From assembly GCA_963807605.1 (NCBI GenBank), contig CAWECG010000004.1, positions 224,001 through 288,000 of the forward strand: 64,000 nucleotides of DNA. Reading direction: 5' to 3'. A program made the position numbers and the translations under genes. Every line of letters begins with the position of its first letter. Positions within the stretch are counted from its first letter, which is position 1. The notes under the pieces were generated by a model that saw only the letters and a program-made list of their open reading frames with translations, was not told the origin of the DNA and ran no database searches. Source of the DNA: Candidatus Bathyarchaeota archaeon. Its GTDB lineage: Archaea > Thermoproteota > Bathyarchaeia > 40CM-2-53-6 > RBG-13-38-9. Of this stretch, positions 32,739-42,636 are shown in pieces.

Positions 32739-33032
32739 TTGGCCTTCAGGGAAGAACATAAGGACAGGATAAGTCTAGTGGGGCTACTCATATCAATTCT
32801 GATTCTGATAACCTTTCTCTATATCAGTTGGAATGGCACATTCGAGCTTACATCTTTTTCAAAATTCAGCCCAGAATTTGTAACGTCAACCTCAGGTGTG
32901 GGCATGGCGACTTCCAAGTATCTCTGGAGCTATAGGACACTTGATGCTGTAGTTCAGGCAATACTCGTGTTTGCAGCAGCAGCCGGTTGTATTGCGATGT
33001 TGCGACCAGATAAGGAGAGTGAGAGAGCTTGA
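32739..33032 (+). CDS. MnhB/MbhE-like small membrane subunit (NuoJ C-terminal equivalent)
   Basis: Two TM helices and LWSYRTLDAVVQ, which resembles the MrpB/MbhE YR.fDT..E motif. Confidence 0.65.
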   Translation: MAFREEHKDRISLVGLLISILILITFLYISWNGTFELTSFSKFSPEFVTSTSGVGMATSKYLWSYRTLDAVVQAILVFAAAAGCIAMLRPDKESERA

Positions 33033-33343
33033 TTTCCTTAGGGTACTACCTCACAACCGCTCTAATCCTCTACATGATCGGGATGTACTGCCTGGCCGTA
33101 AAACGCAACATGATCAAGCTGATAATAGGAATCGAGATTCTGACGAGCGCTGCTAATCTAAATTTCATAGCATTATCGGCCTACGGGAAGCCTGGTGAGG
33201 TTGATCCTCTTGGTCACACATTCGTTATTATGTCAATAGTTGTCGGTGCCTGTGTCGTTGCCGTTGCCTTGACCATAGCGGTAAACGCCTACCGACACTA
33301 CAAGACGCTTGATGTTCGGGAGCTTAGGAAATTGAGGTGGTAG
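33029..33343 (+). CDS. NuoK/MnhC-like subunit
   Basis: KRNMIKLIIGIEIL..AANLNF and C-terminal LRKLRW. Confidence 0.88.
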   Translation: MISLGYYLTTALILYMIGMYCLAVKRNMIKLIIGIEILTSAANLNFIALSAYGKPGEVDPLGHTFVIMSIVVGACVVAVALTIAVNAYRHYKTLDVRELRKLRW

Positions 33344-33348
33344 AGTGA

Positions 33349-35205
33349 ATGATACCGTTTGATGAATATGCGCCTTGGCTAGTGTGGTTGATACCTCTTG
33401 TGGGCGCCATTCTGGTACCTATTGTAGCTTCGATCAACGCAAAGTTGAGAAACTGGTTTGCGGTTGCCGTAGCTTTCCTCGGGGCAGCTTACGCTGTATC
33501 CATGGTTCCCCAAGCACTCAGCCTCCACGGAGAAGGGAAAGACCTTGTCGTATCTTGGATACCTCAAATCGGGTTGAAGGCGGGAGTCCTCCTTGATCCA
33601 TTGAGCGTATTCATGGCGAATGTAGCGTCCTGCATAGGTTCTTTGATAGTGCTGTACTCGATCGCGTACATGGCACATGAGGAAGGACTGACCAGATACT
33701 ACTTCTTCATACTCTTCTTCATAGGCGGAATGAATGGTCTTGTCATGGCCGACAACTTTCTCCAACTATTCATGTTCTGGGAGATAGTCGGACTCTGTTC
33801 GTATGCTTTGATAGGATTCTGGTATAAGAAAGAAAGCGCCTCAAGGGCCGGAATCAAAGCTTTCCTTGTGACCAAGGCTGGTGACATAATGCTGCTCATA
33901 GGAATACTCATACTTTTTATGCAGACAGGATCCTTCGGATTCCTTAGCTCAAAGACCGCCATTGAATCTGGTAGGGTAGCACTATCTCTGTTGACTCCAA
34001 TTTCATTACTAATCTTCGGTGGTGCGATAGGAAAGTCCGCTCAATTCCCCTTCCAGATCTGGCTTCCAGATGCTATGGAAGGTCCAACAACCGTCAGCGC
34101 ACTTATACACGCGGCAACAATGGTCAAGGCAGGAATATACCTTACAGCTAGGACTTTTATGTTGTTTAGTGGAGTAAGCCAGTGGCTGACCACGGTAACC
34201 TACATCGGTATCCTGACCGCCCTTATGACGGCTACCTTGGCGCTGGTCGCTAGCGACATAAAGCGTGTGCTGGCATTTTCTACCATAAGCCAACTTGGTT
34301 TCATGATGACAGTTCTAGGTATTGGGAGTGAGACCGGATGGGTTGCGAGCCAATTTCATGTCATGAGCCACGCGCTATTCAAGGCGTTACTCTTCCTCTG
34401 CGCTGGCTCTGTTATGCACGCGGCCGGCACCACCGACCTTAGAGAGATGGGCGGTTTGAGAAGGTATATGCCAATAACATTTGTTGCAAGCGCAGTTGGT
34501 GTCTGTGCACTCTCAGGGGTTATTCCGTTCAACGGTTTCTGGAGTAAAGATCTGATATACAGAGCGATCTTCGACCAGCAACTCTACATATTGCTTGGTT
34601 TGGTCTTTCTAACTGCTAATATCACGGCGATATATGCTTTCAGATGGCTCCACCTTGTATTCTTAGGCAAAGAGTCGTCAAGCAAAGGTACACACCTTCA
34701 CGAATCACCATATGTTATGATAGTACCATTGGTGATTCTAGCAATATTCGTGACAATCACTGGCTTCTTAGAGGAACCGTTCTCGAGGTATTTGGGATTT
34801 GAAATAGCTGGTCTTGAAACTGTACCCTTGATCCTCTCTCTAGTGACTCCTATTCCGGGGATCCTATTGATTTACTTGATCTATTCTAGGAAAGTGGTCG
34901 CACCAGCTAGATTCAGAGCGGGAGCTCTGTCTTCAATTCATAAGCTGCTGACAGAGGGTTACTACTTTGACCGAATGTACTACGCGGTCTTTTTGAACGG
35001 TTTTCCAAGACTATGCAACTGGATGTACAGGTGGATTGAGACCGGAATCATCGATCGTCTCAATTATGCTATTGCGGGTGGCGCAAAATCGCTCAGCCAG
35101 AGCTTCAGGCCCTCACATACGGGCATCCTCAACTACAACATGTCGGCTATCCTCTTTGGCCTTGCAGGTTTCGTCATACTTGCTCTAATTCTGATTGGAT
35201 GGTGA
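33349..35205 (+). CDS. NuoL-like antiporter subunit
   Basis: WEIVGLCSYALIGFW, GKSAQFP..WLPDAMEGPTTVSALIHAATMV and a C-terminal lateral helix. Confidence 0.92.
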   Translation: MIPFDEYAPWLVWLIPLVGAILVPIVASINAKLRNWFAVAVAFLGAAYAVSMVPQALSLHGEGKDLVVSWIPQIGLKAGVLLDPLSVFMANVASCIGSLIVLYSIAYMAHEEGLTRYYFFILFFIGGMNGLVMADNFLQLFMFWEIVGLCSYALIGFWYKKESASRAGIKAFLVTKAGDIMLLIGILILFMQTGSFGFLSSKTAIESGRVALSLLTPISLLIFGGAIGKSAQFPFQIWLPDAMEGPTTVSALIHAATMVKAGIYLTARTFMLFSGVSQWLTTVTYIGILTALMTATLALVASDIKRVLAFSTISQLGFMMTVLGIGSETGWVASQFHVMSHALFKALLFLCAGSVMHAAGTTDLREMGGLRRYMPITFVASAVGVCALSGVIPFNGFWSKDLIYRAIFDQQLYILLGLVFLTANITAIYAFRWLHLVFLGKESSSKGTHLHESPYVMIVPLVILAIFVTITGFLEEPFSRYLGFEIAGLETVPLILSLVTPIPGILLIYLIYSRKVVAPARFRAGALSSIHKLLTEGYYFDRMYYAVFLNGFPRLCNWMYRWIETGIIDRLNYAIAGGAKSLSQSFRPSHTGILNYNMSAILFGLAGFVILALILIGW

Positions 35206-35210
35206 GGTAA

Positions 35211-36695
35211 TTGACAGGTATTACTGGTTTTGACATGCTCTTAGCGGTCCTAGTCCCACTAGTAGTGGCTCCTGTGTGCTTCGTCGTAGGAAGAAAACTC
35301 GGTAGGGTTGGAACTGGCCTGCTCGCAACCGTCGCCTTGGCTGTCTCCACGATATTGCTTCTGGGCTCTTGGAGTCAGATCTTGACAGGTGGCAAGGTAA
35401 TTGAGAATTACGGTGTTTGGATAGGCCTTTTCAAACTCGACGTGATCTTCCTTCAGGACTATCTAAGTTTAGCCATATCCGTGTTGATAGCGGGCGTTTC
35501 CACTCTGACCGCGATCTATTCCATCGGGTATGTTAGCCATGAACATAACCAGGAAATGTACTTTACAGCACTATTGCTGTTCGTAGCGGGGATGATTGGA
35601 GTAGTTCTCTCCGCAAATCTGATCCTCTTTTACCTTTTCTGGGAGCTTATGCTGATCCCATCGTACTTCCTGATAGCTTACTGGGGAACTGGAAGGCCTA
35701 GAGTGGTGGCTTTCAAGTATTTTATGTTCACACATGCAGGGGCAGCGTCTTTACTATTCGGTATACTGCTGACTTTCTCGGTGACGGGAAGCTTCAACCT
35801 AATAGACTTGCCTCGTCTCCTGACCGGTGTTGCTTCGGGGACTCTGCGAACCATTATGATTCTTATGTTCATTGGCTTCGCGGTCAAGCTTGCTGTTTTC
35901 CCGGTTCACACATGGCTTCCTGACGCTCACGCCGAAGCACCGACGCCAATCAGTGTCTTGCTAAGTGGTGTGATGATCAAGACAGGTGCCTACGCAATCA
36001 TCAGAATGATTCTGACGCTCTTTCCTACAGAGTTGATGAAAGTAGCCTATTCTCTAAGCATATTGGCCGTTGTGACGATGCTGTGGGGTGGCATCATGGC
36101 ATTTGCCCAGACAGATCTGAAGAGGCTACTCGCCTATAGCAGTGTCAGCCAAGTTGGTTACATCCTTTTTGGAATAATGAGTCTAACCACTCTCGGAATC
36201 GGAGGAGGTCTCTTCAACGTGATAACTCATGGGGTGGCGAAGGGGCTGCTCTTCATGTGCGCAGGGGCAATAATGTACAAAACAGGAATACGCGATATCA
36301 ATAAGCTTGGAGGCTTGGCTGGGAAAATGCCTGTTACAGCCATCGGCATGCTAATCGGCGGGCTGTCTATTGCGGGAACACCGCCGTTCGCCGGATTTGC
36401 CAGTGAATGGATGATCTTTGCTGGAGGCTTTGCTGCTGGATACACCCTCTTGGCCTCTCTTGCCATTGCCGCCACCATAGTGACTGCAGCCTATTATCTG
36501 CGAATGATCAAACGAGTCTTCTTTGGAGAGTGCCCAGAAAACTTGAGCGGAACGAAGGAAGCCCCCATTAGTATGCTAATACCAATGTCCGTGCTGATCT
36601 TCCTTACAGTCGCCTTTGGAATATTCGCATTCGCACCACTCCAAGTAGTTTACCCCGCCGCGCAGGCGGTCGCCAAACTCTTTACGGGGGCCTAG
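35211..36695 (+). CDS. NuoM-like antiporter subunit
   Basis: FWELMLIPSYFLI and KLAVFPVHTWLPDAHAEAPTP. Confidence 0.9.
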   Translation: MTGITGFDMLLAVLVPLVVAPVCFVVGRKLGRVGTGLLATVALAVSTILLLGSWSQILTGGKVIENYGVWIGLFKLDVIFLQDYLSLAISVLIAGVSTLTAIYSIGYVSHEHNQEMYFTALLLFVAGMIGVVLSANLILFYLFWELMLIPSYFLIAYWGTGRPRVVAFKYFMFTHAGAASLLFGILLTFSVTGSFNLIDLPRLLTGVASGTLRTIMILMFIGFAVKLAVFPVHTWLPDAHAEAPTPISVLLSGVMIKTGAYAIIRMILTLFPTELMKVAYSLSILAVVTMLWGGIMAFAQTDLKRLLAYSSVSQVGYILFGIMSLTTLGIGGGLFNVITHGVAKGLLFMCAGAIMYKTGIRDINKLGGLAGKMPVTAIGMLIGGLSIAGTPPFAGFASEWMIFAGGFAAGYTLLASLAIAATIVTAAYYLRMIKRVFFGECPENLSGTKEAPISMLIPMSVLIFLTVAFGIFAFAPLQVVYPAAQAVAKLFTGA

Positions 36696-36699
36696 AGAA

Positions 36700-38205
36700 A
36701 TGATTCTAACTTGGCCTATCGATATTCTTGTGCTATTCGCCGTAACCACACCGATAGCCTACTTCGCAGGAAATAGGATTAAGGCAAGAAAACTCGTAGA
36801 TGTCTGGGCGACGGCAGGTTTCCTTCTCTCACTCATCGCCGTCTACATTCTTTACATGAGGGTTTCTGCAGAGAAGATAATCACGTACTACTGGGCTGGC
36901 ACGCAACTCCGAGGCGTGGCGCTTCTTGAGATAGATATGTTGAGCATCTACATGGCCGGCATATTCGTCTTCATAGGTCTACTCATATCTATATACTCAG
37001 CCCGATACATGGAACACGACACGGGCCTAGGCGAATACTACACCCTCCTTCTTCTCATGGTAGCCGGCATGGTGGGCGTGGCCTTTGCAGGGGATTTCTT
37101 CACCTTCTTCCTATTCTGGGAGCTCATGTGCATAGCATCGTACGTCCTAGTCGCCTTTAGGAAGGAGAAGTGGGAACCAATTGAGGCCGGATTCAAATAC
37201 CTTGTTATGAGCTCCGCAGGAAGTGCCACAGTACTCTTTGCTATGTCGATCTTATACGGCATGTCGGGATCACTCAACTTCGCCTATCTTAGCAATGCGC
37301 TTTCTAAGACCGCCACCCCATGGTCAGTCCTAGCACTAGCAATGATCTTTGTAGGTTTAGGGATCAAAGCTGCCATAGTGCCATTCCACACTTGGCTACC
37401 TGATGCACACCCCGCTGCACCAAGCTCAATAAGCGCTATGTTGTCAGGGGTTGTCATCAAGACCGGTGTCTACGGGCTTATTCGCATCATGATACTTGTC
37501 TTTGCCCCTGCAGCATATAATTGGCAAATTCTTCTAGCGGTATTCGCAGTCCTCACAATGACAGTCGGAAATCTCATGGCGCTCCTACAATCCGATCTAA
37601 AACGGCTTCTAGCCTTCAGCAGCATCGGACAAATAGGATACATAATTTTTGGGCTATCAACAGCTACGATCTACGGGTTGACGGGAGGCCTCTTCCATAT
37701 TATGAACCACGCTATAAGCAAGTCACTCCTCTTCCTCTGCTCAGGCGCATTCCTGTTATCTGTTGAGAGTCGAAACCTAGATGATTTAGCAGGCATTGGA
37801 AGGAAGATGAAGATAACGGGGTTAGCCTTTATTGTGGGCTCTCTCGCACTGGCTGGCGTGCCACCCCTTAATGGATTCCAGAGCGAGTTCATGATCTTAC
37901 TCTCGGGGATACAGAAGGGGGCTGCAGACGGTGTTTGGTACTGGCTCTCAGTAATAATGCTTTTGAACGTTCTGTTCTCAGTGGGCTACTATCTGCGTAT
38001 AGTACAGATAATAGTCCTTAAGGAGCCGTCAGCTCTAGCCGCTAAAGCCAGAGAAGCGCCCGCGCCTATACTATTTTCAATAGTGGTGTTGGCGATACTC
38101 TGCGTCGTGATAGGAGTCTACCCGGGACCCTTCGTCGCCTTCGCAAATCAGGCAGCTCAAGCAGCGTTCAACCTTGAAGGATATGTCAAGGCCATAATTG
38201 GCTGA
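36700..38205 (+). CDS. Third antiporter subunit (NuoN/MrpD-like)
   Basis: FWELMCIASYVLV, EAGFKY and KAAIVPFHTWLPDAHPAAPS. Confidence 0.88.
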   Translation: MILTWPIDILVLFAVTTPIAYFAGNRIKARKLVDVWATAGFLLSLIAVYILYMRVSAEKIITYYWAGTQLRGVALLEIDMLSIYMAGIFVFIGLLISIYSARYMEHDTGLGEYYTLLLLMVAGMVGVAFAGDFFTFFLFWELMCIASYVLVAFRKEKWEPIEAGFKYLVMSSAGSATVLFAMSILYGMSGSLNFAYLSNALSKTATPWSVLALAMIFVGLGIKAAIVPFHTWLPDAHPAAPSSISAMLSGVVIKTGVYGLIRIMILVFAPAAYNWQILLAVFAVLTMTVGNLMALLQSDLKRLLAFSSIGQIGYIIFGLSTATIYGLTGGLFHIMNHAISKSLLFLCSGAFLLSVESRNLDDLAGIGRKMKITGLAFIVGSLALAGVPPLNGFQSEFMILLSGIQKGAADGVWYWLSVIMLLNVLFSVGYYLRIVQIIVLKEPSALAAKAREAPAPILFSIVVLAILCVVIGVYPGPFVAFANQAAQAAFNLEGYVKAIIG

Positions 38206-38335
38206 GAAGGAAGCGATCTGGGAGTTCCTGGGTAGGCTGAAATTCTCTCCTTCCGTCAAAGCATAATTTTAATTCTGATCGAATAGAAACTCGGTCGTGA
38301 ATCTTCAATTCTTCTCTTAGAAGGTAGATTCCTGC

Positions 38336-38845
38336 ATGGATCGTAGGGCCTTGGCAGCCGCTATGAGTAAGTGGCTATCTAATTACGATCGCCTCGTTAT
38401 TGCAGGTGTCGGTAACTCGCTAAGAAGTGACGATGGTCTTGGAGTCGAATTTGTCAAAAGATTATGTGGCAAGATCCCTCGGAATGTACTGTCTTTGGAT
38501 TGTGGGACAGTTCCAGAGACCTATGTGGGACCGATCAGGAGGTTCCGCCCCTCCCATATACTCATGGTCGATGCAGCTGACATCGGCTCTGAAGCCGGCT
38601 CAATCAAGCTTGCGACTCCAGAAGAGATCGTTGGCCTAGCCCTATCCACACACACTCTGCCCCTGAACGTCTTCGCAGATTATCTGAAAGCAGAGACCAG
38701 CGCCAACATTGCGCTTCTCGGAATCCAACCCAGGAATACGAATTTCGGGGAAACTCTTTCACCAGAGGTGGACGGGACTTTGAAGTGGGTTTCCAACGTG
38801 GTTCTTACTCTACTCAAGGATGGCAGTCTCGGCATGCGAGCTTAA
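38336..38845 (+). CDS. Hydrogenase maturation endopeptidase (HycI-like)
   Basis: GVGNSLRSDDGLG, CGTVPE, VDAA, STHTLPL and GIQP motifs. Confidence 0.9.
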   Translation: MDRRALAAAMSKWLSNYDRLVIAGVGNSLRSDDGLGVEFVKRLCGKIPRNVLSLDCGTVPETYVGPIRRFRPSHILMVDAADIGSEAGSIKLATPEEIVGLALSTHTLPLNVFADYLKAETSANIALLGIQPRNTNFGETLSPEVDGTLKWVSNVVLTLLKDGSLGMRA

Positions 38846-38862
38846 TTATTCGAAGGAAGGAT

Positions 38863-39474
38863 CTACGAACCCTCTGAATGGTCTACCGTTGCATTCTTGA
38901 GTCGGGCATAGTCTTCCTCTCTATCTACGTCGAATAGAATTTCAGGAGAGTCGATTTCAACAATCTCGACATCATTCCTGTGCCTTTCCAGGATTCCTCT
39001 TGCCCCCACATCCCCTGAAAGTGATAGAAGATCGCTCTGGTACTTCCTAGAAATAATGACTGGATGTCCCCTTGCCGATCTATAAGCTAACGTAACGATT
39101 CCCGTGCTGCCCGAGGCGTACCTTCTAATTAGCAAATCGATAATTTCAGTTCTTATCAGTGGTTGATCGGCTAAAGCGAATAGAAAAGCCTCGGTTTCAG
39201 GATTGCTAGAAGTTATTCCACATTTTATGGAAGTACTGATTCCTTCCCTGTACTGTCTGTTCACGACGTATGTGATCCTTGGGTCGCAAGAAGTCAGTGA
39301 ATTCTTCAGCTTCTCGGCGTCATGTCCTAGCACTATTACGAGCTCGTCGATCTTCGAGGCGAGAAGGTTCTTAACAGTCTCTCCGAAGATTGTCGATTTT
39401 CCAAAGCTGAGGAGCTGCTTTGTTCTCCCCATTCTTGTCGATTCGCCAGCAGCTAGCAAGATTGCCGAGATCAA
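38863..39474 (-). CDS. Molybdenum cofactor cytidylyltransferase (MocA-like)
   Basis: ILLAAGESTRMG..KQLL, LADQP, GHPV, GDVGAR and DVD...DY motifs. Confidence 0.88.
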   Translation of the reverse strand: MISAILLAAGESTRMGRTKQLLSFGKSTIFGETVKNLLASKIDELVIVLGHDAEKLKNSLTSCDPRITYVVNRQYREGISTSIKCGITSSNPETEAFLFALADQPLIRTEIIDLLIRRYASGSTGIVTLAYRSARGHPVIISRKYQSDLLSLSGDVGARGILERHRNDVEIVEIDSPEILFDVDREEDYARLKNATVDHSEGS

Positions 39475-39504
39475 GACGACTCTCCATGACAGCAGCTAGC
39501 AATT

Positions 39505-40326
39505 CTATTGTGTAACTTTGGCTAGTCCTTTTGTACTGAGCGTTCTGATGGCTTCAAGGACACCTTCACCGATAATTGCTGAACGTTCGGCTATTAGGAA
39601 ACAACGTTCTTTCTCATCTCTAGGATCGATGTCTCCAAGCTTGAGATTCATTTTCACTATAGACCCGTCACGCATGATCCCTCTCAAAACACCACCGACA
39701 TTTGCTTTGACGTCCAGACCATCAACCATGGCTACGGCTTGACCTGCCTCCACGTGTTCTCCGATCGGCACGATTAGACGTAATGTGCCGTCTTGTGGTG
39801 CCCTTAGGATCCTTTCATGGCTCTTGCCGTTAATTTTGCACGGGGTGCCATGAAAAGACTGGGCAGTTCCATGGTAGTAGGGTTTTCCCAACTCCGGCCC
39901 TTCACTTGTTTCTATGACCGCATGCACGTCTTTTCCGGCTTGAAAACCTGGGCCGAGTCCGATTGTAACAGGTGCGTCACTCAGTTTGGTTCCCGTGTTT
40001 CTTTTGGCCATTATGGCGTCTATGACTATGTTGGGTTTGAGCTTCTTAATGATCTCTGCCTTTGGATCAACAATGATTGGAATTTTGCCCTGCGCTATCG
40101 TGCGATCAATCTCTTCGGGGTTTACCCTCTTTGCCCTCAGGCCCTCAACTTCCCATTCGTTTTCGTAGACAGCTTCAGAAAATGCGACGGCCCTTCTCTC
40201 TGTTGTTGGAGCAGGAATTTCCGTCATGACAATTCGGAAATCCTTTCTGATTAAGGCGTGGGCTACCCCAGTTGCAACATCTCCTGCACCCTTGACGAGG
40301 ACCGTGGGGGTTTTTCTCTTGTTCAT
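39505..40326 (-). CDS. yqeB: YqeB family selenium-dependent molybdenum hydroxylase system protein
   Basis: VKGAGDVATGVA, RRAVAFSEAVY, DAIMAKRNTGT, IGLGPGF.AG.D.HAVIET and KLGDIDPR motifs. Confidence 0.85.
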   Translation of the reverse strand: MNKRKTPTVLVKGAGDVATGVAHALIRKDFRIVMTEIPAPTTERRAVAFSEAVYENEWEVEGLRAKRVNPEEIDRTIAQGKIPIIVDPKAEIIKKLKPNIVIDAIMAKRNTGTKLSDAPVTIGLGPGFQAGKDVHAVIETSEGPELGKPYYHGTAQSFHGTPCKINGKSHERILRAPQDGTLRLIVPIGEHVEAGQAVAMVDGLDVKANVGGVLRGIMRDGSIVKMNLKLGDIDPRDEKERCFLIAERSAIIGEGVLEAIRTLSTKGLAKVTQ

Positions 40327-40328
40327 TT

Positions 40329-41360
40329 TCAGCCTCTTCCGAAAGGGCATGTGGGGTAGGTACATTCGTTGCACTTCAAGCAGAGTCCACCGTGGCCCAA
40401 GGCAACTATGTCCCTCCGAGTCAAATGTTCCCCCGCTAGAATCCTCGGAAGAACCAAGTCCAGAATGGTTGTGTCATAGTACATCGCGCATGCCGGTATA
40501 CCTAGAAGCGGAGTGCTGTCGAGGTAAGAGATCATGAACATGAATCCGGGTTGAACAGGCGCTCCGTACTTCTCTATTGAGGCATTTGCTTCCAAAGCAC
40601 TGCGTAGGGTTACATCATCAGGATCCACTGCCATGCCTCCTGTGGCGATTATTAGGTCCACGCTTTGCTTTCTCATTTTCGAAATTTCACTTACGATCTT
40701 GTCTGTGTTGTCTGGAACATACACTACCCTCTCTATACTTGAACCAAGTTTTCCGATCTTTCGTTTCATGACGGGGGCAAACTCATCTTTTATGAGGCCG
40801 TTATAGACTTCGTTCCCCGTTATTATCAGGCCTACTCTATTCTTCTTGAGCGGAATAACGTTGACGATGGGACCGGCGTTCTTGCAGATATCCGATACTT
40901 TTCGAATCTTTTCTTCCTGAATTATGAGCGGGAAGATCTTGGCAACCGCTACCCTTTCTCCGGTCTTCACCAGACGGTCTGTGTGTTGTGTGGCGACACC
41001 GAGGCCGTCTATTTCATTTATTTCTTGCAGTCTCTCAACATCTATCTTAAGTATGCCATTCTTCTCTGCCACAATTACGGAACTCCCCTCGTTTGGGCTG
41101 AGTGAGCTCACGTTTTTGCCGGAGATTGCTGCAGCTAGCTTTCGAGCACCGTCTTCTTCGTGAAGTTCCCCTGGTTCGATCTCGAGTATGTATATGTTTT
41201 CTCTACCGATCTTGCGGAGTTCTTTCAAGTCCTTCTTCCGTATTATGTGCCCTTTCTTGAAGAGAGTCCCTTTGAATCTTCCACGTCTGGTTATCCTTGT
41301 AACATCATGACTTAGAACCTTCCCGACAGAATCTCCAAGACTTACTACGATCCTTTTCAA
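40329..41360 (-). CDS. Molybdopterin-binding (MoeA/MoCF_biosynth) protein
   Basis: VGKVLSHDVT, TGNEVY.G.I.D, TGGMAVDPDD.T and a C-terminal GHGGLCLKC..C.YP.C.FG Cys tail. Confidence 0.85.
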   Translation of the reverse strand: MKRIVVSLGDSVGKVLSHDVTRITRRGRFKGTLFKKGHIIRKKDLKELRKIGRENIYILEIEPGELHEEDGARKLAAAISGKNVSSLSPNEGSSVIVAEKNGILKIDVERLQEINEIDGLGVATQHTDRLVKTGERVAVAKIFPLIIQEEKIRKVSDICKNAGPIVNVIPLKKNRVGLIITGNEVYNGLIKDEFAPVMKRKIGKLGSSIERVVYVPDNTDKIVSEISKMRKQSVDLIIATGGMAVDPDDVTLRSALEANASIEKYGAPVQPGFMFMISYLDSTPLLGIPACAMYYDTTILDLVLPRILAGEHLTRRDIVALGHGGLCLKCNECTYPTCPFGRG

Positions 41361-41432
41361 AATCGTTCACACCTCTATGAACTCCAATCATGACTCAGTG
41401 TATCAATTCATGGTGAGCTGGCGTCAATCTCC

Positions 41433-41783
41433 TCAGACAAATTGCTCAACATCCTTCTCCGACGACTGCAAAGCCAGATGTTGAACTATCCTAGTAATCT
41501 TTCTGTTAGTTTCTCCAACAATCCTATAGAGTTGGTACAGTATTCCAAAAAGTATGATGATGGAAAAGCTTGTCACAAATTGTATTGGTGTTGCCATCCC
41601 GAGAGCGGAAGTCACGATAAGATACATTTGCGGGTAAATCCCTGTGAGCATGAGGCCCACCCAGATCGCTGTCCAAACGAGGAATGTCGACAACCCTATG
41701 CTGCCTCTCCTGTATCCTCTGAATGTGTATGCGGCCATTGCGAGGCCCAGTAACACAACGACTAGTCCGTAAGTTTCTAACAT
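41433..41783 (-). CDS. DUF2304 family membrane protein
   Basis: Three TM helices and C-terminal KITRIVQHLAL. Adjacent to a GT2 gene, as is typical. Confidence 0.8.
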   Translation of the reverse strand: MLETYGLVVVLLGLAMAAYTFRGYRRGSIGLSTFLVWTAIWVGLMLTGIYPQMYLIVTSALGMATPIQFVTSFSIIILFGILYQLYRIVGETNRKITRIVQHLALQSSEKDVEQFV

Positions 41784-41808
41784 AGGGAATGATGCCTCCT
41801 GTTTTCGG

Positions 41809-42468
41809 CTACTTAGGGTTTAAGGCGTTATAAAGGATCTTTACTGCGTCGCTAATACCGACTCCCCTCAGGCGTCTCTTGAAGTACAGGGTCTTTATTG
41901 GGACAGCGATTATTCGAAGTTCTTTCTTAGATGAGACAATCAGCATCTCAGAGGCCCAACGGTAGTCTATTGATCCGTGCTTGGCTATCTCGGCAACCTT
42001 ACGGGAAAACGCACGAAACCCCGACTGTGAGTCGTCAATCTTAGTCCCGCAAGCTAGTGAAGTTGCGATTGACAGGGCTTCATTACCGATCCTCTTGTAG
42101 AACGGCATCGCCGAGCTGCCCTTCAACATTCTCGAGCCGATGACTATGTCTGCCTTTTCGTCCAGTAAAGGCGCAATTACCGATGGGATGTCGGTTGGAT
42201 CATGCTGCCCGTCTCCATCAAGGGTCACAATGATGTCGGCGCCGTTGCGTAAAGCCAGAGATAATCCAGTTGAGAGAGCAGCCCCCACACCTAGCCTAGT
42301 TACGTGCCTAGCTACTCTTCCTCCCGCGTCTCTGGCGTTTTTTGCTGTTTTGTCATTACTTCCATCGTCTACAACTAGTACTAGATTACAGTGACTCCTA
42401 GCCTTCTCTACAACTGCTCCTATGGTTGATTCTTCATTGAAGGCTGGGATAACACAGACTACTCGCAC
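41809..42468 (-). CDS. GT2 glycosyltransferase (polyprenol-phosphate glycosyltransferase/DPM-like)
   Basis: IPAFNEE, VDDGS.D.T, LDGDGQHDP, GSR and DSQSGFRAF motifs. Confidence 0.9.
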   Translation of the reverse strand: MRVVCVIPAFNEESTIGAVVEKARSHCNLVLVVDDGSNDKTAKNARDAGGRVARHVTRLGVGAALSTGLSLALRNGADIIVTLDGDGQHDPTDIPSVIAPLLDEKADIVIGSRMLKGSSAMPFYKRIGNEALSIATSLACGTKIDDSQSGFRAFSRKVAEIAKHGSIDYRWASEMLIVSSKKELRIIAVPIKTLYFKRRLRGVGISDAVKILYNALNPK

Positions 42469-42548
42469 TCAGAAGCACCGGTCTCTTATATTATCGAAAT
42501 AGTCGGAGGCAACGAGACCTTCGAAACACTCATTCCAGAAAAAGATTC

Positions 42549-42556
42549 CTATTTCT
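42549..42556 (+). repeat. Target-site duplication copy 1 (CTATTTCT)
   Basis: The identical 8-mer occurs at 46456-46463 and 50483-50490, each time directly abutting a TIR. Confidence 0.9.
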
Positions 42557-42636
42557 GGCTTTGTCAAGTCTCCGTCGGTTCGGTTAGTTCTAGGCGGCTG
42601 TCAAAAGTCGTCGGCTACTGCAAGGTGAACTAGGTT

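Noticed and set aside
28729-38205. NADH:quinone oxidoreductase (complex I) or Fpo annotation
   Set aside because: Intact Ni-binding CxxC pairs, the maturation protease and the absence of NuoEFG/FpoF indicate a hydrogenase.
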